Source: Paraphysomonas bandaiensis (Eukaryota > Protista > Chrysophyceae). Taken from it: DNA of 64,000 nt. Position numbers and translations under genes: made by a program. Numbering within the stretch: the stretch's first letter is position 1; every line of letters starts with the position of its first letter. The notes under the pieces were generated by a model, which searched no databases, had not been told where the DNA came from, and worked only from the letters and a program-made list of their open reading frames with translations. Shown here piece after piece: positions 39,016 through 51,435 of the stretch. The stretch covers positions 124,001 through 188,000 of the forward strand of contig CBFFRP010000410.1 in NCBI GenBank assembly GCA_965644295.1, written 5' to 3'.

Positions 39016-41949
39016 TCAACAGTGTGACTTTTCTTCCCCATCTTCTTGCAGGGTACTAGACATACTGCCGCCTCCAGAAAACAATTCAAATATAGAACTC
39101 CCAAAAAAGGTGCTGTCATTGCTCTCTACATCAGTGACAAAATTATCGTATTCTGGCTGTGGTGTTTCTTCCACCTGCACAAGACTTTCTAATTCGTCCA
39201 ACCTTTTCTTCATCTTCTCCTCAAATCCTTTATTATATTCCAAATGACTTATCCTAGAGTCTAGTTCTCTCGTTCTTTCAATCGGTTCGCGATCGTTCGT
39301 CATAAACACGCAGCCCCTTTTCAGGGTGGATATGCAAACAGCAATGATATTCACAAATACAGGCGTCAAAAAAATGAAGAACAAAACGACTACAAGAGCT
39401 CTTTGATTGATAAGGTTCGAAGCGTTTCCACCTCCATACTCAGGGTCCACAGCGAGAACGCAAACAATTCCCAACACGATGTTGAAAATAGTAAACGTCA
39501 TGCATAAGAGGTTTGTCAGATGCTTTGGTTTTGTGATGTGAAAGAAAGCAGCAATATCCACGATACTCATCTTTAGACAGCAACAATCGAAAGTGAAATT
39601 TCTATGCTGCCCAATAACCTCGTTGACAGCTGGTGTAATACTCTCAGTGTCATCTGATGACCACGATACATCATGTATGTTTGCGAGTGCGTAGAAGGCG
39701 ATGATGTAGTTGTAAAACAGCAATGCTAATGTGTACTGAATATAGACCGTCATTAAGACCCCGATGATACTTGGCTCGCATTTCAGAAACGCCAGAATAA
39801 AAGGACACAGTGAGATCAGAAGCACAGCGACTTGAAAGAATAAAAATCCGTTCAAAGAAGTGTACCAGATAAATGCCCCCGTCAGATATACCATGATACA
39901 ACTCGATACGACAATCGATATCACTGCTATTGGTATCACAACTGTTGTGTTGTAATCAGCTAAGGATGCCATCCCTGTATCCTAAATTCAAAACAATAGT
40001 TCATACCAATGTGCATATACGATGAAGTACACTCACACCTTGCTCCTTATCACAACTCCATTTTTGTCTGTTTTTAGACACCACCTCATCAATCCGAAAG
40101 GAAAGCGATCGGCAATGTAGCAAATTGCAGGATCGCACCAATCGCTGAAAGTAAAATGATTTAGACAGTCAACGAGGACGATTAAAACTTTACAGTATAT
40201 ACCTGCAATTTAGATAACTCCCCAGAGCTTGTAATTTCTCTGTACACCAGGGTGTCAGAGCTATGGTCCATGAGACGACAACAAAGAACCATGACCAGCC
40301 CAAAAAGTACCCAACGTATCGCCAAATGGAGTTCCCTGTACTCTTGTCCAGATAAATTAGCGCCGTGGCAATAGCATATATCACTACAATGGGAGAAAGC
40401 AATACAACAACGCTCTGCCAGAGCTGAATAAACAAAAAGGCTTTATTAGCAATATATCGTGTCCCTGTTATCTTATTTCCGGCATTTACAAACAGCAACC
40501 ATGCGTTTATTACCTCTGTCCCATTGATCCAGCGCCTGCGCTGCTTCAACAGAGACATAATATTTCGCATCGGGTCATAATAGAAACACGTCCCTGTTGT
40601 AACGTGAGTTCTCTTACCAGTCATGGCGGTCGCTATGAACGAGAGGATGCGGTCCTCAGCAAGGCGAGCGTTGAACCATATCATCCTTTCGAACAGCGAA
40701 CCCTGTTGCATCGCTGAAAGGTCCTGAGTGAGTTGGAAGTATTTGTCGATCACTCCTTCGTTTATCATGAGCCAGAGGTCATAGAACTGGCAAGGACCTG
40801 GCAGGACAGGCAGAGAGCCTATCATATTAAACGCTTCCATATTCAAGAGGAACGTGGCTTCAAACTCCGCTACCTGAAGTGGAACAACTGAGAAAAGATA
40901 CTCGTAGAGGGAGGGTAGCGATTTATTGGCTTCTGATAAGACCGGTCCATGTTTTCTCGTATCATTCCGACGCAGAAGGCCCTTTTTTAAGTCCGCCTCA
41001 TCAGTGTAACTGACTTCATCTTTGCTCTTTAGTAATAAGTCCTGTGATTCCTTTGCAAACAAGCATCTTGCCATTGGTTCCAAAACATGGGCACGTTGTC
41101 GTGCAGTTAGACCAATAATTCGGTTATCTGAATTCATCTTCCCTGAAAAGAGGAATGCATTATACTATGAAAGTGCATGTACCCACATATATACCTGTCA
41201 TACGGCTTAAACAGGGCGCATCCAACACTGTTCCGCAGTCGACGAACATAATGAATTGCGATCTGGCACTGTAACTGGCAAGGCAGTGGCTGTGGGCCTT
41301 GCCCTGATTGAGGTCTTTGACAACGATTGCTATATCCAACACGCCAAGGAAATGCTCTTCTGGCCACTTTCCACGGAGGATGAAGTTTGGATTAGAGGGG
41401 TCAACCGTATAGTTCTCGTCCAATACATCGTCTTTATGGGCGTTCCAATCATCTATATCTGAGAAGCCATTACCTGAGGAACTCTGCATACAAATAATTA
41501 AGTCATAATGGTACTGAGGAGTAAATATATTAAGAGATCTCATATGGGTGGGGGGCTCGTACCTGGATATCGCTAATCAGGTCTGTGTGTATGACACGTT
41601 CGAAAGTATTAGCGGATTTTTTCTTCTTGATGCCATCTACGATTACAACCACCATAACAGGACCGATGGATATACCTCCATGGTTTATGTTAGCAGCAAT
41701 TCCATGTAGGGTACTTTCAAGTTCATGATACGACTCTTTGTGCATCAAGACGAACACTGTGGTCTCGATATGGTTTTCACGGTTGTATAGTTTTGAGGCA
41801 GTGGTGGCTCCAAGTTTCTTCAGTTCAATGATGCCATCAAGATTAGTGGGCCGATCACTGATAGAAGTGTATAGAGCTGGAGTTGCTTTTGGAAGTGAAG
41901 AATATGATCGTGATAGTGATCTGTTTCTGTGTTGTGAATCATTTGACAT
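39016..41949 (-). CDS. CHS: Chitin synthase (GT2)
   Basis: VIVDG, KDLNQGKAHSH, FVDCGT, QVAEFE, LPVLPGPC, LAEDRIL, KQRRRWING, TM helices, HDVSW. Introns 41484-41562, 41143-41194, 40145-40202 and about 39982-40038. Confidence 0.93.
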
Positions 41950-44900
41950 GATAGATCTGTATGAGGTATGTGTTTGTTAGTGAATATGGTTGAGTTATGT
42001 ATGTATTTATATTTTGATTGTATGTTGGCATAGTATTCAGATTTCTGCAAGATATGCACAGTTGCTGTTGCAGGACATTTCCGGAATCTCGGAAAATCTT
42101 TTTCTTGATCATCTTCTTCCATTATAGACTGCAACATAACACTATATGACTCTATGCTTATATATATACATATATAAGATACTCCATTCACAAAATATCT
42201 GCCTTTTTGTCAGAAAAATAGCAGGATTTTAGGAAAAATCAGATAAAAATAATATTAGACAAAAATATTGCAAGACTCCTCTATAGAAAACAACCATTGA
42301 ATAATTTCAGGATTTTAGGAAATATCCATGTATTCTTGTCTCGTAGTGGGGTGACTGTTTAGCGTATTGGCATCCTTTGTACATTTTTGTTCAAAGATGC
42401 CTCTAATATTGAGACAATAATTATCTGTATTCCAGCCGTAGTTTTATTACAGTAATATAGAAGATATTTGCTTCAATATATTCCCGAAAAAATAAGATGC
42501 TGACTGCCCATACGAGTATGTACATGTATGTGGAATTGTACACACTGTGTGTCATAGAAGTGGAATCAGATCATGATCACACTAACGGCCCAATTGCTAC
42601 ATATCACTAACAAGAAAACAGAGAACAGCGATCGGAAACGAGGTCGTCTCAAAGCGTCTATGCACCAATACCGAAAGATATGACGGCGGCATGATGAAAC
42701 TATTCCCTGAATGATGGATGCGGGACGTACATGAAGATCCACCAGTAGCTTCTGCATTGTATCATTCTCATACTGGATGATCTTCCGAATGATACTTTGA
42801 TTACAGTTTCTGGTAACGGAGGTGACTGCATTCTGGATGAAGGAAGCATTTCTACAACTCAGTAAGCAGGATCCGGTAAAATAGAGGCAGTTCATATGAC
42901 GGTTTCTGTAATAGTTTAGATGACTGTGTATGCAATAGTTAATCGGTATTTCGTATGACAGATCATTGGCAGTTCATATGAGAGTGCATGCAACAATCAT
43001 TCAGATGACACTTTATTCCACGGTTCTTATGAAAGTGCATGGAACAGTTTAAATGACAGTGAGTCACGTGTACTAAACGACAGTTAAAAGTAATAGTAAT
43101 GATATAGTTCGACAGTTCAAAGTAAATTATTACTATATGGAGCGAAGCACACATCATACAAAACCAAATATATTAACACGTAACTAATAACTATAATACA
43201 CATGGGGTAATAAAGATTTCCCACCACACACAACTAAACACGCGAACTACACTTCCACTTCCAGCATATCCGAAGCATGTTGCCGAGAAAGGGTCTGGGA
43301 TGCTTTGTCATCCTACATCAATTACATATCACCCAGTGTTTTCTTGCTGGATATACATATTTATCTTATAAATCGTATAGTATGTAATACATAGTGTCGT
43401 ACGTGTTACTTACTACAATATACAATATAATACATACATTATGCCACAACTAATACGCACCTCTTTTCGTAATTCATGGAGCGGGATATCTGTGAGTACT
43501 CCCTAGTTGTGAGTCGTGATATTATCTGTATCACAGCCTACAAGTGAGGCACGCAAAATATTTACTCGCATGTATACATACATATATATCATACATGCAT
43601 TAATTAGCTGGTAATATACGTTCTATTAGGCTGAAGATATAGGACTAATCACACAAAACAAGCTATATAAGCTCATCATACAATTCAATGATACATACAT
43701 TGCATGTGTTCTGTGGATGACTTCGAGTTGGGTGACTCCTTCGATAAATGCCTCTCCACAGTATATCCACAACTGAAATATCATACTTGTAATCTATAAA
43801 TATGACACCTCAGTCGTATTCATCGTTATGTACATACAGACTGATGTTAGTCCTATGAGACATTCATGGAACACATACATATATTGCGTATATTCCCTAA
43901 CCCATATATAGCCATATATTGCCTTATTCTACCATCCTATGTGTCGTACCACACATATAAAGGAGGGCAATGAGGGCGTTCTGAGCATTTCTGTGTGTAC
44001 CTTTTTATTGATCTTGTTTTGTTGTCTCTGAGATCATAGGGAGGAACAACTCGCTTTGTTTATGATCCATACACACAACTCCGTCGAAATACGTCTACGG
44101 AAGAGCTAAGAGCAATGCTTTACCGATGATATAAGCTCATCAATTCATGTGTGCAATCTCATAGTAATGTAATGTATGCATCACATCATAACAGACATAA
44201 AAAATGACCTATTTTGAAAACAGACATCATTTTCTCAGTGCAATGATTATTGTGTTGGGGATCTGATGGTACGGAGTATAGAGTATACGGGTGATCTCAT
44301 AGTATAGAGTTCAAAACACAATGACTACATGATGGCTGAGTTCAAAACACACACATGTAGAGTTTTAATGTATGAGTAGCCCTTACAGGTGGTGCTAATA
44401 TCTATACATGTATATATGTGTGTTAGGCCTCATCTTTTGCCATCATATGTGTGTACGAATAGTTAACAGCTGAGAATATTCATACAAACAATTCAATCAA
44501 CTGATTATAAATATATCTAATGATTGGCTATCATTACATAAAGATCAGGAATCGGCAGGAGTTCATATCATGTTATTGTCTCCCTATAGAATGTTTATCA
44601 GAGGAAAGCATAACTTATCGTGAAGTAGTCATGTTTGAAAGTTTAGATTTGTAACCTGATGATCATATCATTGAGTTAAATTACTTGAGTGAATGCACTT
44701 CGGAAACAGATAATTTAGCTTCTTATTCAGTATTTCCACCTGAGGTACTTGTAGCATTAGACGAACTAGCGGCTCAAAATATCCAACCTAGTTCACCTAA
44801 AGAGGCATTTGATTTAGTACATAATGGTCGTATAGAGGTAATCATGGGGTTAAACGAACATGGTTGAAGTTGAATAAAGTACTTCCAGGTCACATTTTAA

Positions 44901-45312
44901 CTACGGTGGTATTACAAGATTTCATAGACCGTTGTCCAATTTGTCAAAAACTTAATGCGGGTATAAGTGTATCTTAATTCTTAATCTAAGTAATATCCGA
45001 GCTGCCAGGTCAATGTTTGAAAATACTATAAATTTTCTAACCAATTGTTTTTTTCTCTGAATTGTAACAATGTCAATAGTACCGTAGAGTTGTAAAAAAG
45101 TGATATTCTCGTTGTGCTTTACAGTTCCAATATTTAGATGTAATGGAAGCTCAAGCCTTGCTTTGTACTTTGTACACACGCAACATGATATGTGTGGCTG
45201 CTTATTATTACTTAACTGATACCTGATATTCATATATATGCAAACACGACTAGTACACGACATCGCTTAAAACTAACAGCACTATTGGATGGAGAAATCC
45301 CGTGTATTAACA

Positions 45313-47988
45313 CTATTTGGTCAATCGTCTCGGTGATCCTTTTGAATGAGGAGTCGACGGCATTGCACCTTTCTGCTTAAAGTGTACTTGGTGCACCCAA
45401 TGACTAGAATGTAGTTCACAGATTTCTGTGGAGAGTACATCAGATTGTATGTTCTGAATTACCTTTTCTATTTCTCTGTACGACCATCGCTCGCTGCTTC
45501 GAGCAAACAGCGCCAGACAACCAAATAAATTAAAATTTCTTCTTTCTCTTGCGGATTGCGATTCATCGCCGGTTTGCTTTTTAGCTTTTACCTTTTTCGT
45601 TTGTTCGCGAGCGGGTGGAATATCTGTCTCTGGCGATAGTTCCGCAAATTCGACACAATCAAGACATAAGTCGTCCGCTGCTACTGTGCTACCCGTAGAA
45701 ACTTCCAAAAATTTCCTGACAGCTTCGTTTGAGCTGTTGGCAAGATACTCACAATCTTCACGCCCATAGTACATATCGATTGTCTTCAACATTGTTTGCG
45801 TATTATTATCCATGTAGGTACTCAGGAGCCGTACAGCACACCTAACTACGCACTGTAGTCTCAAATGTGCATCTGGTAGGCCCATACTTACAATACGATC
45901 CATCCTACCATGACAATGACACAAGGGAAAGTGCTATGAAAGAACACACCTGTCTAACAGCGCAGCGTCGAGTTTATCTACTGTCATACTGGTGGTAATA
46001 ATTACCGCAAGTGATGGGTTACCCACTCGAAGTCTATCTAGCAACAGGTGAATACATTCGAATCCGTTGATAGTGCCTGCTACTTCATTATCTGCATCGT
46101 GAGAGACCACTTCTGCGTTGTCCGCGCGCCACCGCGAGGCAATGATTGCATCAGCTTCATCAATAATAACAATAAAGCCTCGGCCAGAGTTGGCAGTGGC
46201 TGCAGAGTCAAGAATATCTCTGAGGAACGAGCCCGAAGTGGAAGTAACAGAAAGGCCAAGGGGTCCAGTAGTTCGTGATGAAGAAAGAATATCGGCACCG
46301 CACACGACAACATACGGTAGCCCAGACTGCTTCGCTATACACTCTGCCCCCATGGTCTTCCCCTACGGTACGTATATATTGAGTCACGTATCGCGAAATG
46401 TACAGATATATGTACCGTGCCAGGTGGCCCTGTAAGTAGCACATTCATGAGAGGCATTCGACGGGCCGGTCCAGGGTATGTGGACTGCGTACGTCGAAGC
46501 ACTGGAGAGGCTTTCGCACAGAAGGAGTATGCGTGAGATACCGCCACCAGCCTCTCCCGAATCTCACGCGAGAGAACCATGTCTTGTAACGAATCTGCCC
46601 CCACCTCCATCCCTTTCTTTGCGTGTCTTATCGGTTTTGGCGGTAACAGCTTCTTAAGAATGTAGAATCGCATCGCCTATAACAACACGGGTCACACAAG
46701 AGTTAACGCTGTCCATTTGATCTACTTGCCTGTACAGTCTCAGTAATGACAACATACGACGACAGAAGTGCTGCAAATATTAAAGAGTATGTAAATACTT
46801 CGAACGGCTGTCGAATCGCATGTTCGAGCATCATAGACATCTGCCCTTGGAAAGAGACGACGATTTCTTCGAAATTCTTGCGCATACTCTCCGCTGCAAC
46901 ACACATATCCATTACGACAGCACAAACACAATAAGAGTTTATACCTTTCGCAGCCATGATGTTTCTCATTACATCTTCGTTCTCATGTGCCAGACGGCTT
47001 TCCTCTGCGAAAAGAACAGGAGTTACACCTCATCTTAAAGCACACAATTCCCAATTACCTTCTGCACGATATAAAATAGCTCTAACCGACATGTTGATGT
47101 CCAGCTTCAACCTCTCTTCCTCTTCTCGTTGAGCAGCCTGCAGTATATCTCGCTGTGTAGCTGCCCGATCTTCTTCAGCGGATCGCACAAGCATCAGCAT
47201 CTCTGTTCTTGTTGATCGCTACTTCACACTGTTAGCTATCTACACTGCTAAACTCATACTCAACTGTACCTCTAGCTCGGCCAGTCGGGTGTTCTGGTCA
47301 TCTTTAGCCTGAATAATATCCGTATGATGTTCATCTAATGCTTTCTTCTTATCCTACAATTTAAATTTACCCTGCATCATTAGCTAACTCTAATCTATCC
47401 ACAAACCTCGTATTTGCTTCTAATATTCCGCAGCTTGAGGGCTAAACGTTTCTGAGTGTTCTCTATCTTTTTGTCAATATTTCCGAGCTTTACCTGGTAA
47501 ACATTCCTAGCTGCAGCAATCTCAGAAGCTGTTCGCCATTCTCTACCAGTTTCATTGGCAATCCGGAGAACTTTTAATGCAAAATTGTTCCTTTCTTCTC
47601 TCAATGCACTCAGAAGATTATTAATATGTTGAAATTTCTCAGCAAGAAATTTCGTTACCGAAAAAACATGCATAAAAAGAGCAGGATGATCAACAGTTGT
47701 TATATTTAACATTTTCGATGCACCATTTTCAGTTGATTTAATAAGACTGTGAGATGTTAAGTGTGGGTATGTCGACTTAATTCTATCGCCTAATATCCCT
47801 ATACGATACTCGCCTTTATTGACATCCCAATAAGTGTGTACAGAGATTCCTCTGATGATTGAAAGACTCTCTGTGATGTTAGCATCATCTATAATGTTAT
47901 ATACACTCCAATCTGGCTGTAGTTTAATAGTAGAGGCATGTATATATGAGATCACGAGATTGAGGAATAGAAGACGAGTTAGAGGCAT
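45313..47988 (-). CDS. ATAD3-like AAA+ ATPase with N-terminal signal peptide and S74/ICA-like domain
   Basis: Coiled coil, one TM (FTYSLIFAALLSSYVVI), MNVLLTGPPGT|GKTM (intron inside Walker A), SGLPYVVVCGAD, IIDEADA (Walker B), LDAALLDR|MD, WSYREIEK. Multi-exon. Confidence 0.85.
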
Positions 47989-48363
47989 TTGATTGGGTAG
48001 ATGAGAGGGTTGTGGATAAGGGAAAGAGGTAATGGTGATATCTGTCAAGGGAGAAGAGGGATTGAGGTATGTGGGAGTAGATAGAGGGGTGTGTTTAAGA
48101 GTGAGGTGATGGAACTATGCATGTATATATGGGGTGTTGTGTACTTAACGATTTGGTTTGTTCTGTACTTATAAGTGTATATATAATGCAGTACTTATAG
48201 AGAGAGGTGTGAGGAGATTGGTGTACAATGTACTCATACACTCAATATATATGTATGTATGAAGCTATCCATAAGTACATTGGAGTTACGCTGTATGACA
48301 GTACATATGATTGCAACATACTTCTGTACCTATCGATCGAGATGTATATGTGACTGTACATTC

Positions 48364-48486
48364 ATACATACATACATACATACATACATACATACATACA
48401 TACATACATACATACATACATACATACATACATACATACATACATACATACATACATACATACATACATACATACATACATACATC
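48364..48486. repeat. (ACAT)n microsatellite
   Basis: Direct observation. Confidence 0.97.
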
Positions 48487-48693
48487 CACAACCCTCTACC
48501 GGTACGTACGTATCCTCATCCAGCCATGTAACTGATCAGTTTGACTCGTATTTTTGTCTATGTATACATACATACACATACATGCATACCATGCACGTTA
48601 ACTGCCATATATACATATATATAAACCTCACATACATACATTAAACATTCTACATTGCAATCATACAGCCAGAAGACATCGATAATTATCATC

Positions 48694-51435
48694 ATGGCAG
48701 ATGAGAATAATCAAGATAATGCAGAGAGTAGACCAGTGAGTCCAGGGGAGGGATATGATACAGAGGAATCAGAGGATGAGTTCTTTGAGGATCCTGTTGA
48801 TGTTATTAAAGATTTTGGAGCTCATCCATTAATGGAAAGAGCTCAGAAAGCACTTGTTGCACAGTTGAAAGAAGCTCAATCAAGAGTATCAAGCGATTTA
48901 TATGATAAAGAAGAAGAAATCAAGAGATTGACATTACAAAGAGAGACAATCGGTGTCGATCTGTATAACCTTCAGCAACAACTGGCTAAACTACAAGTGT
49001 CTTTAGAAAACAGTCATAATGAATACAATGGTATTGTTGATGCCAAGTTACAGGAGGAAGAACTTCTTCAGTCTATTTCTGGTAATAATAAAGAACAGCA
49101 GGCACGATACGAGGAGCATCGCAAACAGCATACCAAATATGCGAGTGAGCTAGAGGCACTGAACGAGACACTTCGCCAGATCGAGGCATATAATGCTGAA
49201 GTTAAATCAGAAATTGCAATGACGAGGCGGGCAACTTATAAGGCTGAACAAAGCATGCAGAGTTTGGAAAAACACAAATCGATGCAGGATATGTACGTTG
49301 ACAAACTAACCAAGCAAGTAAAAACCCTTCAAGAACAAATTGCTCTGCATGCTGGGCAGATAGAGGCACAGCGGAACGAAACCTTAGAAGCGAATGGTGT
49401 GTTCCAAGACACAGTCAGGGAACTAGAGCTTATTGCACACGAGAAAAAACAACTGATGACTCAGTGGAAGGCAGCCCTTGCTGGGCTCAGTCGTCGAGAT
49501 GAAGCTCTCGCCCAAGCATCACAGACACTCGCCACAGCAGAGCGAGCGGTGCACGATTATGATGTAGAACTTGAGACGATGAGGCGAAATATTCAGAATG
49601 AGCAGGGCAAGCATGAATCACTGGTGCATGTGAAGGATCGACTGGAGAGCGAGCTTCAGTGGGTGGAGGAAAATCTGGTCAAGATAAGAGCGGAGAGGGA
49701 GCAGCTACAGGAGCGGTTCGGACTTCTAACGAAGTCGCTCGCTCAGACCGATGGAGAGGCGAAAAAGCTCGGCGCAATCGCGAAAACTCTCACTGCAGAT
49801 TCTGAATCACTGCTGCAGAATCTTCAAGTAGTGACACGAGAAAGACAGCGCATGGAGGAAGAAATGCAGGCGTCGAAGAGCACCCACTCGAACGTGAATA
49901 AAGCCGTCGAAAATCTGTTGAAGAAGCAGGCAAAAGTTATGAAGAGTATTCACGATCTTGAAAATGAAGGGATTGATGTTAATAACGATATCGCTAGAAC
50001 TAAGGTTGACAGTCTGAATGCTGGTATGCTCAACGACCAACTCAGAGACCAGTTGTCTACTAATGCCAAAGAGTTCAGTGAGAAGGAGGCACTCATAGAT
50101 AAGTACCAGGTTGAGATCCGCCAGAGGCACGATGAGGTAGAGAAGAAGATGTACCGGGTGGACCGATTAAACAAAAAGTACGACAAGATGGTTGAGGCTT
50201 CAGGAGGAGAAGAGAATCTGGGCCCTCTTGAAAATACTGTGAAGAACCTAGAGAAAGAAATGGAAACGGTTTCTAACGAGTGCAAAGAATTGGAGCGTGA
50301 GTGGCTAAAGAGACAAACAGAAATGGTTGCTATCACCGCAAAATCCGAAGAAATATCTGAAGCCAATCACGAACTACAGGCCCGAGTGACTATTCTGACA
50401 CAGCAGCAGCTGCGTCTCACGAAGGATCTTCGCATCCTTACAAGTGAGGTCAAGGCAGCCAACCATAGTAACACAGACCTGCAGAAGGATGTTGCTAAAC
50501 TTAATGTGCTCATTAGTCAAAACCAGGACCAGGAAGGGGCTCTGCAGAACGAAAACTACGTATTGGAGATGGAATGCGTGGAGGAACTGAAAGAGATGGA
50601 AAAGGAAAGCGTTGCCCTGCAGGCGACAGTGAATGAGACCAAGAGTTCGAAAGCAGCTATTCTTGATGAAATAATGGATACTGAAAGACAAGCGCTTCTC
50701 TGGGAAAAGAAAATCCAGTTGGACAAAGAAACAAGGGCAGCACTGGACCCAACTGTAGGACAGGCGGAAACTCAAAACATGGAGCGTGAGATCCACAGAA
50801 TGGAACTAAGGTTAGAGGCATTAAAAAGAGAGCAGGAGCGTCTGTCCATTGAGCTAGAGAGGGCGATTAATAAGAGATCAGCGATAGCGACACGTTTCAA
50901 AGGGAGCAAAACTACCGATACAGACAAACCCGTTGCCGTTGCGAAGAAACAAGCAACCAAGGAGCTCACGCAGGCTGGGATGAAAAAACGCATATCTGCA
51001 CTGAAAAAAGAGGCCCGCGCGTTGTCAAACGAGACCTCGCAGTACACAGGGGCAATCGAGGAGAGAAAGGCTCAGTTCTCTGAAATGACATCGGAATTAG
51101 AGCGAGTTACAACCCAGCACAGTAACATGGAAGAAGAAAACCGTCAACTACAGAACGAAATAAACGACCTGTTATATCAAAAACAATTGAACCAGGAAAG
51201 AATATCCTACCGCCAAAAGTTCGTAAAACGCTTACGTGAGTACTCTGCACAAGGAATTGATGTTTCTCTTACTCTGCAAACACAACGCCGTTTGTTGGCA
51301 GCGTCGCAGGCCCTCGACAACGTCAAGGAAATTGTCACAGATTTGAAGAGTTCTAGTCCGCATTTATCTGATGTTTTGGATCGTGTTATGGCAATGACAG
51401 ATCCAGGTATTGATTTAGGAGGAGTGGAAATGTAG
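48694..51435 (+). CDS. CCDC40: Coiled-coil domain-containing protein 40 (axonemal 96-nm ruler)
   Basis: Intronless, about 913 aa. HPLMERAQKAL, ETIGVDLYNLQQQLAKLQ, TRRATYKAE, QDMYVDKL, EENLGPLE, LLWEKKIQL, MEREIHRMELR. Confidence 0.9.
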   Translation: MADENNQDNAESRPVSPGEGYDTEESEDEFFEDPVDVIKDFGAHPLMERAQKALVAQLKEAQSRVSSDLYDKEEEIKRLTLQRETIGVDLYNLQQQLAKLQVSLENSHNEYNGIVDAKLQEEELLQSISGNNKEQQARYEEHRKQHTKYASELEALNETLRQIEAYNAEVKSEIAMTRRATYKAEQSMQSLEKHKSMQDMYVDKLTKQVKTLQEQIALHAGQIEAQRNETLEANGVFQDTVRELELIAHEKKQLMTQWKAALAGLSRRDEALAQASQTLATAERAVHDYDVELETMRRNIQNEQGKHESLVHVKDRLESELQWVEENLVKIRAEREQLQERFGLLTKSLAQTDGEAKKLGAIAKTLTADSESLLQNLQVVTRERQRMEEEMQASKSTHSNVNKAVENLLKKQAKVMKSIHDLENEGIDVNNDIARTKVDSLNAGMLNDQLRDQLSTNAKEFSEKEALIDKYQVEIRQRHDEVEKKMYRVDRLNKKYDKMVEASGGEENLGPLENTVKNLEKEMETVSNECKELEREWLKRQTEMVAITAKSEEISEANHELQARVTILTQQQLRLTKDLRILTSEVKAANHSNTDLQKDVAKLNVLISQNQDQEGALQNENYVLEMECVEELKEMEKESVALQATVNETKSSKAAILDEIMDTERQALLWEKKIQLDKETRAALDPTVGQAETQNMEREIHRMELRLEALKREQERLSIELERAINKRSAIATRFKGSKTTDTDKPVAVAKKQATKELTQAGMKKRISALKKEARALSNETSQYTGAIEERKAQFSEMTSELERVTTQHSNMEEENRQLQNEINDLLYQKQLNQERISYRQKFVKRLREYSAQGIDVSLTLQTQRRLLAASQALDNVKEIVTDLKSSSPHLSDVLDRVMAMTDPGIDLGGVEM

